From: Pseudomonas aeruginosa
GTDB lineage: Bacteria; Pseudomonadota; Gammaproteobacteria; Pseudomonadales; Pseudomonadaceae
DNA length: 32,000 nucleotides
Assembly (NCBI RefSeq): GCF_001457615.1
Contig: NZ_LN831024.1
Span: forward strand, 1,770,001-1,802,000
Reading direction: 5' to 3'
Shown here: positions 1 to 8,566 of the stretch, in pieces
Layout: each line of letters begins with the position of its first letter
How positions within the stretch are numbered: the first letter of the stretch is position 1
The notes under the pieces: model-generated
What the model was told of the DNA's origin: nothing
The model's input: the letters and a program-made list of their open reading frames with translations, nothing else
The model's database searches: none
Program-made: the position numbers and the translations under genes

Positions 1-33
1 TCCAGAGGCAAGGGCCGGAGGAGGAGAATCAGC

Positions 34-489
34 ATGCCCAATTATCTGATGGTACTGATGGCAGTTTCGGTGGGCGGCATGGTGGTGCTGCAGGCCGGCA
101 GCAACGCCTTGCTCGGGCGCCTGCTCGGCCATCCGCTGAGCGCCAGCCTGACTTCGCTGGGCGTCAGCCTCGGGGTGGTCAGCCTGGGCCTGCTGCTGGT
201 GCGGGTGCCGCTGCCGGCTACCGCCAGCCTCGGCGGCGCGCCCTGGTGGAGCTGGCTCGGCGGGCTGTTCGGCGCGGCCTACCTGACGGTGGCGATCCTG
301 GTCGCGCCGCGCCTGGGTGCCGCCACTTTCATCGCGTGCGTGGTGGCCGGGCAGATGCTGGTCTCGGCGCTCTGCGACCAGTTCGGCTGGGCCGGTTTCC
401 CGGTGCGCCGTTTGTCCTGGGAGGGCTATCTCGGCCTGGCGCTGGTGGTGGCGGGGGTATTGCTCCTGCAATGGCGGGGAAGAGCGTGA
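34..489 (+). CDS. small polytopic inner-membrane protein, DUF606/YdcZ-like (DMT-superfamily half transporter)
   Basis: ATG at 34 lies 7 nt after a GGAGGAGGAG Shine-Dalgarno (17-26). The 151-aa product is almost entirely hydrophobic (Gly/Leu/Val/Ala rich) with about 5 TM-length segments. Third codon positions are strongly G/C. Confidence 0.6.
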   Translation: MPNYLMVLMAVSVGGMVVLQAGSNALLGRLLGHPLSASLTSLGVSLGVVSLGLLLVRVPLPATASLGGAPWWSWLGGLFGAAYLTVAILVAPRLGAATFIACVVAGQMLVSALCDQFGWAGFPVRRLSWEGYLGLALVVAGVLLLQWRGRA

Positions 490-550
490 GGAGAGTGCCG
501 GCGAAGGCTGTCAAGTGGAATCTGGCCTAGACCAAAATCTTGATCTCAAA

Positions 551-572
551 TTGTGATGAAGTTGGCATGAAT
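551..572 (+). promoter_or_regulatory. candidate Pho box (PhoB site) upstream of plcN
   Basis: TTGTGAT-GAAG-TTGGCAT-GAAT forms two 7-bp direct repeats at 11-bp periodicity. Each matches the CTGTCAT half-site at 5/7. It sits in the only AT-rich patch of the plcN upstream region, about 150 nt before the ATG. plcN is known to be induced by phosphate starvation. Confidence 0.35.
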
Positions 573-719
573 AGTTGTTGCAAAGCGTGTTGAAACCAAA
601 GCGTCTTTTTCCCTCACTAGCGTCGTCGGGGTTCGAACAGCTTGCTGCCGAGTGAGCCTGCGGGCGTCATGGATGCGCTCGGCAGCCCTGTGCCACACCC
701 TGACCTGGTGAGTCCCCCG

Positions 720-824
720 ATGATTTCGAAAAGCAGAAGAAGCTTCATCCGCCTGGCCGCCGGTACGGTCGGCGCCACCGTCGCCACCAGCATGCTGCCG
801 TCGAGCATCCAGGCGGCCCTGGCG
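720..824 (+). other. Tat signal peptide coding region of PlcN
   Basis: An S-R-R-S-F-I-R twin-arginine motif is followed by a hydrophobic stretch and AALA-IP, a likely AxA cleavage site at about residue 35. Confidence 0.7.
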
Positions 825-2798
825 ATTCCCGCGCACCGCCGGCATGGCAACCTCAAGGACGTCGAGCACGTGGTGATCCTGATGCAGGAGAACCGCTCCT
901 TCGACCACTATTTCGGCACCCTCAAGGGCGTCCGCGGCTTCGGCGACCGCATGGCGATCCCGCTGCCCGATGGCCAGCGGGTCTGGCACCAGAAGGGCAG
1001 CAAGGGCGAGATCCTGCCCTACCACTTCGACACCAGCACCACCAGCGCCCAGCGCGTCGACGGCACCCCGCACACCTGGCCGGACGCCCAGCAGGCCTGG
1101 AACGAAGGGCGCATGGACAAGTGGTTGCCGGCCAAGACCGAGCGTTCCCTGGGCTACTACAAGGAGCAGGACATCGCCTTCCAGTTCGCGATGGCCAACG
1201 CCTTCACCATCTGCGACGCCTATCACTGCTCGTTCCAGGGCGGCACCAACCCCAACCGGCTGTTCCTCTGGACCGGCACCAACGACCCGCTCGGCCAGCA
1301 CGGTGGTCCGGTAACCACCAACGACCACGACAGCAACGGCCCGGTGGAGCAGGGCTACACCTGGACCACCTATCCCGAGCGCCTGCAGGCTGCCGGCATC
1401 ACCTGGCGGGTCTACCAGGACATGGCCGACAACTTCTCCGACAACCCGCTGATCGGCTTCCGCCAGTACCGCGCCGCGGCGCCTGACTCGCCGCTGATCG
1501 TCAACGGCCTGAGCACCTGGAAGCTCGATGCGCTGAAGCGCGACGTGCTGGCCAACAGCCTGCCGCAGGTGTCCTGGATCGTCGCCCCGGCCAAGTACTC
1601 CGAACACCCCGGCCCGTCCAGCCCGATCTGGGGGGCCGAGTACACTTCCTGGGTACTCGACGCGCTGACCGCCAACCCGGAGGTCTGGAGCAAGACCGCG
1701 CTGCTGGTGATGTTCGACGAGAACGACGGCTTCTTCGACCACGTCGCCCCGCCGGCCGCGCCGAGCCTGAACAAGGACGGCACGCTGCGCGGCAAGACCA
1801 CCGCCGACGCCACCCTCGAATGGCACACCAAGGGCGATATCCGTTATCGCAACCAGCCCTACGGCCTCGGCCCGCGGGTGCCGATGTACGTGATCTCGCC
1901 GTGGAGCAAGGGCGGCTGGGTCAACTCCCAGGTGTTCGACCACACCTCGGTGATCCGCTTCCTGGAGCAGCGCTTCGGGGTCATGGAGCCGAATATCAGT
2001 CCCTGGCGTCGTGCCGTCTGCGGCGACCTGACCTCGGCGTTCAACTTCGCCAACCCGAACAACGAGCCGTTCCCCGAACTGCCCGACACCAGCCAGGCCG
2101 ACGCCATCGTCGCCAGCCAGATCAAGCTGCCGAAGCCGAAGCCGCCGGCGGTGGCCGCCATGCCCAAGCAGGAAATGGGCATCCGTCCGGCCCGCGCCTT
2201 GCCCTACGAGCTGGGCGTGCATGCGCGCTACCGCAGCGGCGGAGATGCGCTGAGCCTGACCTTCGCCAACACCGGCAAGGCCGGCGCGGTGTTCCAGGTG
2301 TTCGACCTGCTCGACAGCGAGAACCCGCCGAAACGCTACACCGTCGGCGCGCGCAAGCGCCTGCACGACAGCTTCCAGGGCGACGCCAGCGGCGACTACC
2401 ACCTGGAAGTGCACGGTCCGAACGGTTTCCTCCGGGTCTTTCGCGGCAACCTGCGGCGCGACCTGGCGGAGCGCAAGGCGCCGCTGCCGGAAGTGCGGAT
2501 CGACTACGAGCCGCTGTTCGGCAACCTGCGCGTGCAACTGATCAACCGTGGCCGCCATCCGGTCAAGCTGACGGTCAAGGACAACGTCTATCGCCAGGGC
2601 GAGCGGCGTACCGTCAACGTGCCGCCGGGACAGCGCCGGGAAGTCCGCTATTCGCTGCGCAGCAGCGGCAACTGGTACGACTTCAGCGTCAGCGCGCAGG
2701 GGGCGGACAGCTTCCTGCGGCGTTTCAGCGGTCGCATGGAAGATGGTCGCTCCGGCTTCAGCGATCCGGGCATGGGCCTGGGCACGCTGACCTTCTGA
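720..2798 (+). CDS. plcN: non-haemolytic phospholipase C PlcN (Tat-exported phosphoesterase family)
   Basis: The ORF frame is 642..2798. I prefer the ATG at 720 (codon 27 of the track ORF, which begins at a TTG), because it yields MISKSRRSFIRLAAG, a classic twin-arginine signal, and a 692-aa product. The phosphoesterase-family motif ILMQENRSFDHYFG is present and I recognise the protein as P. aeruginosa PlcN. Confidence 0.93.
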   Translation: MISKSRRSFIRLAAGTVGATVATSMLPSSIQAALAIPAHRRHGNLKDVEHVVILMQENRSFDHYFGTLKGVRGFGDRMAIPLPDGQRVWHQKGSKGEILPYHFDTSTTSAQRVDGTPHTWPDAQQAWNEGRMDKWLPAKTERSLGYYKEQDIAFQFAMANAFTICDAYHCSFQGGTNPNRLFLWTGTNDPLGQHGGPVTTNDHDSNGPVEQGYTWTTYPERLQAAGITWRVYQDMADNFSDNPLIGFRQYRAAAPDSPLIVNGLSTWKLDALKRDVLANSLPQVSWIVAPAKYSEHPGPSSPIWGAEYTSWVLDALTANPEVWSKTALLVMFDENDGFFDHVAPPAAPSLNKDGTLRGKTTADATLEWHTKGDIRYRNQPYGLGPRVPMYVISPWSKGGWVNSQVFDHTSVIRFLEQRFGVMEPNISPWRRAVCGDLTSAFNFANPNNEPFPELPDTSQADAIVASQIKLPKPKPPAVAAMPKQEMGIRPARALPYELGVHARYRSGGDALSLTFANTGKAGAVFQVFDLLDSENPPKRYTVGARKRLHDSFQGDASGDYHLEVHGPNGFLRVFRGNLRRDLAERKAPLPEVRIDYEPLFGNLRVQLINRGRHPVKLTVKDNVYRQGERRTVNVPPGQRREVRYSLRSSGNWYDFSVSAQGADSFLRRFSGRMEDGRSGFSDPGMGLGTLTF

Positions 2799-2807
2799 CC
2801 CGGACGG

Positions 2808-2843
2808 CCGCGCCGGCTCCCTGCAATGGGGCGGCCGGCGCGG
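2808..2843. terminator. GC-rich hairpin between convergent plcN and the secreted-protein gene
   Basis: CCGCGCCGGC (2808-2817) pairs perfectly with GCCGGCGCGG (2834-2843) around a 16-nt loop. It lies between two convergent stop codons (2798 and 2856). There is no clear U tract on either side. Confidence 0.35.
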
Positions 2844-2855
2844 ACGGCCTGCGCC

Positions 2856-3356
2856 CTAGTCGAGGGGAACCGGGTAGAGGGTATTGAGGATCCACTTGCC
2901 GTCCTTCAGGACGAAACCGTACGAAATCTCCTTGGCCATGTACGTATCCCAGCGCGTGCAGGCGCCCTGGCCGTCGGCCTGCTTGCAGGAGTAGGCATCG
3001 ATCTTGCCCATGTGCAGCTTCTCCAGGGAAACCACCTGGAACTTGCTGTTGCCGCTGCAGGCCACCGGATTGTCGATGTATCTGTACTGGCGCCAGGCCG
3101 CGTCGTAGTTGCCTCTCGACTTGAACAGGGTCTTGTCTTTCTGCGACGAGCCGGACGGCGGCGTCATCCCGTAGATGTGCTGGGTCACGTGGCCGCCCAT
3201 CGAGGTATTGCGCGTGGCGTCGGCGCTTTGCTGCACGCTGGTGATGTCGCGGCAGGCGGCGGCGTTGGCCGAGGAGGCCAGCAGCAGAAGGGCGGAGAAA
3301 CCCAGGCCGGCGACGCACTGGCGTGCGTCGGGGCGGGGCAGTGAAAAGCGGTTCAT
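2856..3356 (-). CDS. small secreted protein of unknown function (Sec signal, 4 Cys, GGHxxxH motif)
   Basis: ATG at 3356 lies 7 nt after an AGGAG. The track ORF extends to 3794, but the extension is Arg/Pro-rich junk overlapping the neighbouring gene. The 166-aa product has an N-terminal signal MNRFSLPRPDARQCVAGLGFSALLLLASSANA/AA. The mature part contains C35, C100, C124, C132 and the motif SMGGHVTQHIYG. The stop is TAG, and GC is lower than the neighbours (52-68% in the 60-nt lines I counted, mean near 60%). Confidence 0.75.
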   Translation of the reverse strand: MNRFSLPRPDARQCVAGLGFSALLLLASSANAAACRDITSVQQSADATRNTSMGGHVTQHIYGMTPPSGSSQKDKTLFKSRGNYDAAWRQYRYIDNPVACSGNSKFQVVSLEKLHMGKIDAYSCKQADGQGACTRWDTYMAKEISYGFVLKDGKWILNTLYPVPLD

Positions 3357-3421
3357 CGGCGGCTCCTGTGAGATGGATTGCTTATGAAGGAACGCCGCCG
3401 CGCAGTTTTCGTGAAGATGCC

Positions 3422-4150
3422 TCAGTCGCGATAGCGTGGTGGCGGCGCGTAGCCGCCGCCGTTCCGGGCGTCGGCGGGAAATGCCTGCGGTCCGTCGGCC
3501 GGCGCCTCGCGACCGCTGGCCGGAGCGTCCAGCTCGAACAGGGCCACGCCGATCACGCCGAGGTTGCGGCTGTCGCCGGCCGTGCTGTTGCTGGCGTAGG
3601 CATCGTCGGGGCTGGCGAAGCGGAACGCCGCGACTTCCCGTTCGTTCTTGCGGAAGCCCTCGATCACCAGGCTCTCGCCCGGTTCCAGCACATAGCCGCG
3701 GTTCTTCAGGCTGCCCGGCTGGCCGTTGAGCACGTCCAGGCCGTCTACCGTGGCGACCACCTCGTAGGTCGCGCTGCCGAGGTTGTTCAGCCACAGTCGG
3801 TAGCGCTGGCCTTCACGACCCTGCAATTGCAGGGTGCTGCGGTGCTGCACGAGGTCGAACTTGCCGCCATCCTCGTCGAGTACGGCGAAGCCCACCCTGC
3901 CCTTGGCCAGGGGCAGTTCCTTGATGGCACGTCCATCGAAGCGGCTCGCGCTGTAGAACACCTGGCGGCGATCGACCGGTTGCTCCGATAGACGTCGCAG
4001 GGCCACCGAGGTGACCGGCGAGGCGACGCCTTCGCCCCATTGGGTGCCGAGCCGCTGCTCGGTCGGCGCGCCGGCCTGCTGTTGGGGCAGGCTGCAGCCG
4101 CCGAGGGCCAGCAGGCCCAGCAGTAATGCGGATAGCAGTGGTTTGCGCAT
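3422..4150 (-). CDS. lipoprotein of unknown function
   Basis: ATG at 4150 follows a GGAAGGA Shine-Dalgarno. The N-terminus MRKPLLSALLLGLLALGGC carries a lipobox (L-G-G-C, Cys19). The product is 242 aa with high GC3. It ends 65 bp upstream of the 2856..3356 gene on the same strand. Confidence 0.8.
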   Translation of the reverse strand: MRKPLLSALLLGLLALGGCSLPQQQAGAPTEQRLGTQWGEGVASPVTSVALRRLSEQPVDRRQVFYSASRFDGRAIKELPLAKGRVGFAVLDEDGGKFDLVQHRSTLQLQGREGQRYRLWLNNLGSATYEVVATVDGLDVLNGQPGSLKNRGYVLEPGESLVIEGFRKNEREVAAFRFASPDDAYASNSTAGDSRNLGVIGVALFELDAPASGREAPADGPQAFPADARNGGGYAPPPRYRD

Positions 4151-4273
4151 GGTTCCTTCCTCTCCCTGGACACCTGGAGGCGGGGTGCCTCCCTGATGGC
4201 TCCGAGCACCGATGATGCCCGATCTTCGGCGGGCTTCGTAAATTTCCTCGAACGGGCGCGGCGGCGCGTCTTC

Positions 4274-5044
4274 CTATTGGCTGACCCAGCGCTGCCGCGC
4301 CCAGGCGCTCAGGCTGTCGACCCCGAGCACCAGGACCAGCATGGCCAGGATCACCGTGGCGGCCTGGGCCTGCTGGAACAGGCTCAGGCTGAAATAGAGC
4401 ATCTGCCCGAGCCCGCCGGCACCGACGAAGCCGAGCACGCTGGCCATGCGGATATTGTTCTCCCAGCGGTACAGGGTATAGGCCACCAGTTGCGGCCAGA
4501 CCCCCGGCAGGGTGCCATAGGCGAATGCAGCGAGGCGACCGCTGCCGGCCAGGCGCAAGGCCTCGGCGGGCTGCGCCGGAGTGTTCTCCAGGGCTTCGGC
4601 GAACAGCCGGCCGAGCACGCCGCCGGTGTGCAGCGCCAGGGCGAGGGTCCCGGCGTTCGGCCCGAGCCCGGCCGCCAGCACCATCAGCGCGCCCCAGACC
4701 AGCTCCGGCACCGCGCGCAGCGCATTGAGCAGGAGTCGCGCCAGGCTCTGCGCCGGCACGCCGAAGCGACCTGCCGCCGGCAGCGCGAAGAGCAGGCCGA
4801 GCAGCGCCGCCAGCAGGGTGCCGATGGCCGACATGGCCAGGGTTTCCAGCAGCCCCCGGCCAATCGCCCGCAGGTGCGGAGCGGACAGGTCGGGCGGGAA
4901 GAACTCGCTGGCGTAGGCGGCCATCTGGCCCAGTCCCTTGCCGCTGAAAAGACCTGCGGTGTCCATGTCCAGATAGGCGAACGAGGCGCCCACCGCGGCC
5001 ACCACCAGCAGCGGCCAGAGCAGCAGGCGCCAGGTCCGGCTCAT
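4274..5044 (-). CDS. ABC transporter permease, PhnE family (second permease)
   Basis: The ATG at 5044 overlaps the upstream gene stop as ATGA (5041-5044). The 256-aa product is polytopic and paralogous to the adjacent permease. A shared block reads: ...LRxVPELVWGALMVLAAGLGPNAGTLALALHTGGVLGRLFAEALE. Confidence 0.85.
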   Translation of the reverse strand: MSRTWRLLLWPLLVVAAVGASFAYLDMDTAGLFSGKGLGQMAAYASEFFPPDLSAPHLRAIGRGLLETLAMSAIGTLLAALLGLLFALPAAGRFGVPAQSLARLLLNALRAVPELVWGALMVLAAGLGPNAGTLALALHTGGVLGRLFAEALENTPAQPAEALRLAGSGRLAAFAYGTLPGVWPQLVAYTLYRWENNIRMASVLGFVGAGGLGQMLYFSLSLFQQAQAATVILAMLVLVLGVDSLSAWARQRWVSQ

Positions 5045-5805
5045 GCCAGCCTCCCGCGCAGGAAGCGGCTCAGCAGGTCGGCGAGGAGGACCAGCAGGAG
5101 GAAGGTCAGCAGGATGCTGGCAACCTCGCCGCCGGCGAACATCCGCAGCGACAGGTCGATCTGCTGGCCGAGGCCGCCGGCGCCGACGAAGCCCATCACC
5201 ACCGAAGCACGGATCGCGCACTCCCAGCGATAGACAGTGTAGGAAATCATTTCCCCGGCGGCGTTCGGCAGCACCCCGTAGGCGAACGCCGCCAGCCGCG
5301 ATCCGCCGCCCAGCAGCAGGGCGCGGGTGGGGCGCGGATCCACCGACTCGAAGATTTCCGCGTAGACCTTGCCGAGCATGCCGGCATAGGTGATGGCGAT
5401 GGCCAACACCCCGGCGGTGGGGCCCAGGCCCACGGCGCGGACGAACAGCAGCGCCCAGACGATTTCCGGCACGCTGCGCAGGAGGATCAGCAGGCCGCGC
5501 ACCGGCCAGCGCAGTGCCCGTGCCCACCAGGCCGGCAGGCCGCCGCGCGGCAGTGCCGAGAGCGACAGGGCGCGGGTCGCCAGCAGTGCGGCGGGAAACG
5601 CCAGGAGCCAGGCCAGGGCCATGCCGGCGGTGGCGATGGCGAGGGTTTCCAGGGTGGCGCGGCCGAGCAGGGCGAGGAACCCGGGATCGTGTGCCGGCGG
5701 CCAGAAGCCGGCGAGGAAACCGCCCATGGTGCGCGCGTTGTCGCCGCTGAACAGGCCGGGGATATCCAGTTCGCTGAGGCGCAGCCCCGGCCAGAGCAGC
5801 AGCAA
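5041..5805 (-). CDS. ABC transporter permease, PhnE family (first permease)
   Basis: The 254-aa frame contains LRSVPEIVWALLFVRAVGLGPTAGVLAIAITYAGMLGKVYAEIFE, a BPD-transporter EAA-type loop typical of PhnE. The farthest start in frame is TTG at 5805. The exact start is uncertain, because no ATG/GTG lies upstream before the phnC-like stop. Confidence 0.8.
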   Translation of the reverse strand: MLLLWPGLRLSELDIPGLFSGDNARTMGGFLAGFWPPAHDPGFLALLGRATLETLAIATAGMALAWLLAFPAALLATRALSLSALPRGGLPAWWARALRWPVRGLLILLRSVPEIVWALLFVRAVGLGPTAGVLAIAITYAGMLGKVYAEIFESVDPRPTRALLLGGGSRLAAFAYGVLPNAAGEMISYTVYRWECAIRASVVMGFVGAGGLGQQIDLSLRMFAGGEVASILLTFLLLVLLADLLSRFLRGRLA

Positions 5806-5866
5806 CGCGGCCAGGGTCAGCAGCAGGCGCGGCAGGGCGGCGGGTCGCGCGGCGGAGAAGCGGCGT

Positions 5867-6670
5867 TCAGCATCGTGGGATGTGCACCACGGCGGGTTCG
5901 CCGGCCGGGCTGGCGCGCTCGGCCTGCAGTTGTTCGTTGGCGTAGAGGGCGTCCAGCGCGGCGCGGTCGACTTCGCCGGCGGGCAGGTCGAAGGCGATGC
6001 GTCCGGCGCGCAGCCCGATCACCCGGGGGAAGTGTTGCAGCGCCAGGTCCACCGCGTGCAGGCTGGCCAGCAGGGTGCTGCCGCGCGCGGCGGCCTCGCG
6101 GTTGAGCAAGGCCAGGGTATGGCCGGCGAGCACCGGGTCCATGGCCGAGACCGGTTCGTCGGCGAGGATCAGCTCGGCGCGCTGGTAGAGCACCCGGGCG
6201 ATGCCGACCCGCTGCAACTGGCCGCCGGAAAGCTGGTCGCAGCGCTGGAACAGCTTGTCGCCGAGATCCAGGCGTTGCAGTGCGTCGTGGGCGCCGGCGC
6301 GGTCCAGCGGATAGACCAGGCTGACCAGGCTCTTCCATAGCGGCCACTGGCCGAGGCGCCCGGCCAGTACCGCGCTGACCACCCGCTGCCGTGGCGGCAG
6401 CGGTGGTGCCTGGTGGACCAGGCCGATGCGCGCGCGCAGGCGTTGGCGGGCGGCGGCGGATAGCGCCCAGGGCTCCTCGCCGAGCAGTTCGACACGGCCG
6501 GCGCTGGGCCGCCATTGGCTGGCGAGCACCCGCAGCAGGCTGGTCTTGCCGGCGCCGGAAGGTCCGATCAGGGCTACCCGTTCGCCAGCGGCCAGGCGCA
6601 GGCGGATGTCGGCAAGGGCGCGTTGGCCGTCGGCGTGGACCAGGTCCACGCCGTCGAGGCTCAGGCTCAC
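5867..6670 (-). CDS. ABC transporter ATP-binding protein, PhnC family
   Basis: The GTG start at 6670 overlaps the binding-protein stop as GTGA. Motifs present are Walker [10 protein letters not shown], signature LSGGQLQR and Walker B ILADEP. The product is 267 aa. Confidence 0.9.
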   Translation of the reverse strand: MSLSLDGVDLVHADGQRALADIRLRLAAGERVALIGPSGAGKTSLLRVLASQWRPSAGRVELLGEEPWALSAAARQRLRARIGLVHQAPPLPPRQRVVSAVLAGRLGQWPLWKSLVSLVYPLDRAGAHDALQRLDLGDKLFQRCDQLSGGQLQRVGIARVLYQRAELILADEPVSAMDPVLAGHTLALLNREAAARGSTLLASLHAVDLALQHFPRVIGLRAGRIAFDLPAGEVDRAALDALYANEQLQAERASPAGEPAVVHIPRC

Positions 6671-7524
6671 TTCAGCAGGCCGGCGGCGCGTGCGGACTCC
6701 TCGATGCCCTTGTAGTTGTCCGGATTGGTCTCGATGAAGCGGCTGGCGGCCTGCAGGTCGAGGATCTCCTTGTCGGCCGGTTTCGCCGGGTCGAGGGCGA
6801 GGAAGGCCTGCTTGATCTTCTCGGCCAGGGCCGGGTCGAGGTTGCCGCGCACGGTCCAGTTGTAGTCGTAGTAGGTCGGCGTGGTGGCGAAGACCTTGAC
6901 CTTGGCGGTATCGACCTTGCCGCTGTCCACCAGCTTCTGCCAGACCGAGGCGTTCAGCACGCCGGCGTCGACCTTGCCGGCCTGGACCCAGGCTACGGTG
7001 GCGTCGTGGGCGCCGGAGTAGGCGACGCGGGAGAAGAACTGCTCGGGGACGATGCCGTCCTTCTGCATGAAGTAGCGCGGCATCAGGCTGCCCGAGGTGG
7101 AGGAGACCGAGCCGAAGGCGAAGGTCTTGCCCTTCAGGTCCTGCAGGGATTTCACCTGGGGATCGGCCGTGATGAATTTGCTGGTGAACTGCTGGTCCTG
7201 CTCGCGCTGCACCAGGGGGATGGCGTTGCCGGTCTTCAGCCGCGCCTGGACGAAGGTGAAGCCGCCCAGCCAGGCCATGTCCAGGCGGTCGGCGGCCAGC
7301 GCCTCGACCACCCCGGCGTAGTCGGCCACCGGGACGAACTTCACCGGCATGCCGAGTTGCTTCTCCAGATAGGCGCCGAGCGGCTTGAATTTGCGCAGTA
7401 GCTCGGTGGGCGCCTCGTCGGGGATCGCCGAGACCTTGAGTTCTTTCAGGGTTTCGGCGTGGGCGAGCGCGGCGGACAGGGACAGGGCGATGCCGGCGGC
7501 GAGCGCCAGGGAGCGTTTCAACAT
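6667..7524 (-). CDS. periplasmic substrate-binding protein, PhnD (phosphonate/phosphite-type) family
   Basis: ATG at 7524 follows a GGAGA Shine-Dalgarno about 10 nt upstream. The signal peptide is [24 protein letters not shown]. The PhnD-family motif [16 protein letters not shown] is present. The product is 285 aa. The track ORF extension to 7731 is unsupported. Confidence 0.85.
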   Translation of the reverse strand: MLKRSLALAAGIALSLSAALAHAETLKELKVSAIPDEAPTELLRKFKPLGAYLEKQLGMPVKFVPVADYAGVVEALAADRLDMAWLGGFTFVQARLKTGNAIPLVQREQDQQFTSKFITADPQVKSLQDLKGKTFAFGSVSSTSGSLMPRYFMQKDGIVPEQFFSRVAYSGAHDATVAWVQAGKVDAGVLNASVWQKLVDSGKVDTAKVKVFATTPTYYDYNWTVRGNLDPALAEKIKQAFLALDPAKPADKEILDLQAASRFIETNPDNYKGIEESARAAGLLK

Positions 7525-7672
7525 GGGAGAGTTCTCCGGTTCAATGGCGGAAAAAACCCGGGGAGTATAGTGGTGCGCGGCCCGCTTGGGCAGCCGTCGC
7601 GGCGTTGCTCGCCGGCGCCTCGCGGGTAATATGGCGCTCCCCGTGCCCATTCGCTGCGTATTGGAGTTCGCC

Positions 7673-8563
7673 ATGTCCGCTTCCCTGCCTTCCCTTGCCT
7701 TCGCCGGTCTCGGCCTGATGGGCGTGCCCATGTGCCGCCGGCTGCTGGCCGCCGGCTATCCGCTGGCGGTGTGGAACCGTTCGCCGGGCAAACGCGAGTT
7801 GCTCGCGGCCGAGGGCGCGAAAGCCGTCGAGGTCCCGGCCGAACTGGCCGCCGACGCGGAAATCCTGATGCTTTGCCTGGCCGATACCGCGGCGGTGCGT
7901 GAAGTGGTGTTCGGCGCCGGCGGCATCGTCGAGAACGCCAGGCCCGGGCAGTTGCTGGTGGATTTCTCCAGCGCCGAGCCGGCCGCCACCCGCGAGATGG
8001 CCGCCGAGCTGGAGGCGCGCTGCGGCGTGCGCTGGGTCGACGCGCCGGTCTCCGGCGGCACGCCGGGCGCGGAAAGCGGCAGCCTGGCGATCATGGCCGG
8101 CGGACGCGCAGCGGATATCGAACGCCTGCGGCCGGTCCTCTCCCGGCTTGGCCAGCGCCTGACGCGCATGGGCGAGGTGGGCGCCGGGCAGGTGACCAAG
8201 GTCTGCAACCAGATGATCGTTGCCTGCAACGCCCTGGTGATCGCCGAAGTGGTGGCGCTGGCGGAGCGGGCCGGGGTCGACGCCAGCCTGGTCGCTCCGG
8301 CGCTGGCGGGCGGCTTCGCCGACTCGAAGCCGTTGCAGATCCTCGCCCCGCAAATGGCCGAGAGCCGTTACGAGCCGGTCAAGTGGCACGTACGGACCCT
8401 GCTCAAGGATCTCGATACCGCGGTGAAGCTGTCCCGCGAGCAAGGCGCGGCCACCCCGATGAGTGGGTTGGCCGCGCAGTTGATGCGTCTGCACGGCAGC
8501 CAGGGCTATCTCGAACGCGATCCGGCGACCCTGGTGGAGCAATACCGGACCGCCGTCGAGTGA
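7673..8563 (+). CDS. NAD(P)-dependent beta-hydroxyacid dehydrogenase (3-hydroxyisobutyrate / tartronate-semialdehyde reductase family)
   Basis: ATG at 7673 follows a GGAG 7 nt upstream. An N-terminal Rossmann motif FAGLGLMGVPM is present, as is the catalytic-Lys region GAGQVTKVCNQMIVA. The product is 296 aa. Confidence 0.85.
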   Translation: MSASLPSLAFAGLGLMGVPMCRRLLAAGYPLAVWNRSPGKRELLAAEGAKAVEVPAELAADAEILMLCLADTAAVREVVFGAGGIVENARPGQLLVDFSSAEPAATREMAAELEARCGVRWVDAPVSGGTPGAESGSLAIMAGGRAADIERLRPVLSRLGQRLTRMGEVGAGQVTKVCNQMIVACNALVIAEVVALAERAGVDASLVAPALAGGFADSKPLQILAPQMAESRYEPVKWHVRTLLKDLDTAVKLSREQGAATPMSGLAAQLMRLHGSQGYLERDPATLVEQYRTAVE

Positions 8564-8566
8564 ACC

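Noticed and set aside
642..719. N-terminal extensions implied by the track's longest-ORF starts: plcN from TTG 642, 2856..3794, 4274..5527, 6667..7731, 7586.., 8567..10918, 12798..13490, 13536..16418, 21366..22652, 22692..23495
   Set aside because: In each case an internal ATG with a good Shine-Dalgarno gives a proper signal peptide or conserved N-terminus. The extension either overlaps the neighbouring gene or is Arg/Pro-rich junk.
546..2558. 670-aa minus-strand ORF overlapping plcN
   Set aside because: It is an antisense shadow of plcN. The plus frame has a Tat signal and phosphoesterase motifs, and the minus translation is Ala/Gly/Arg/Val low-complexity.
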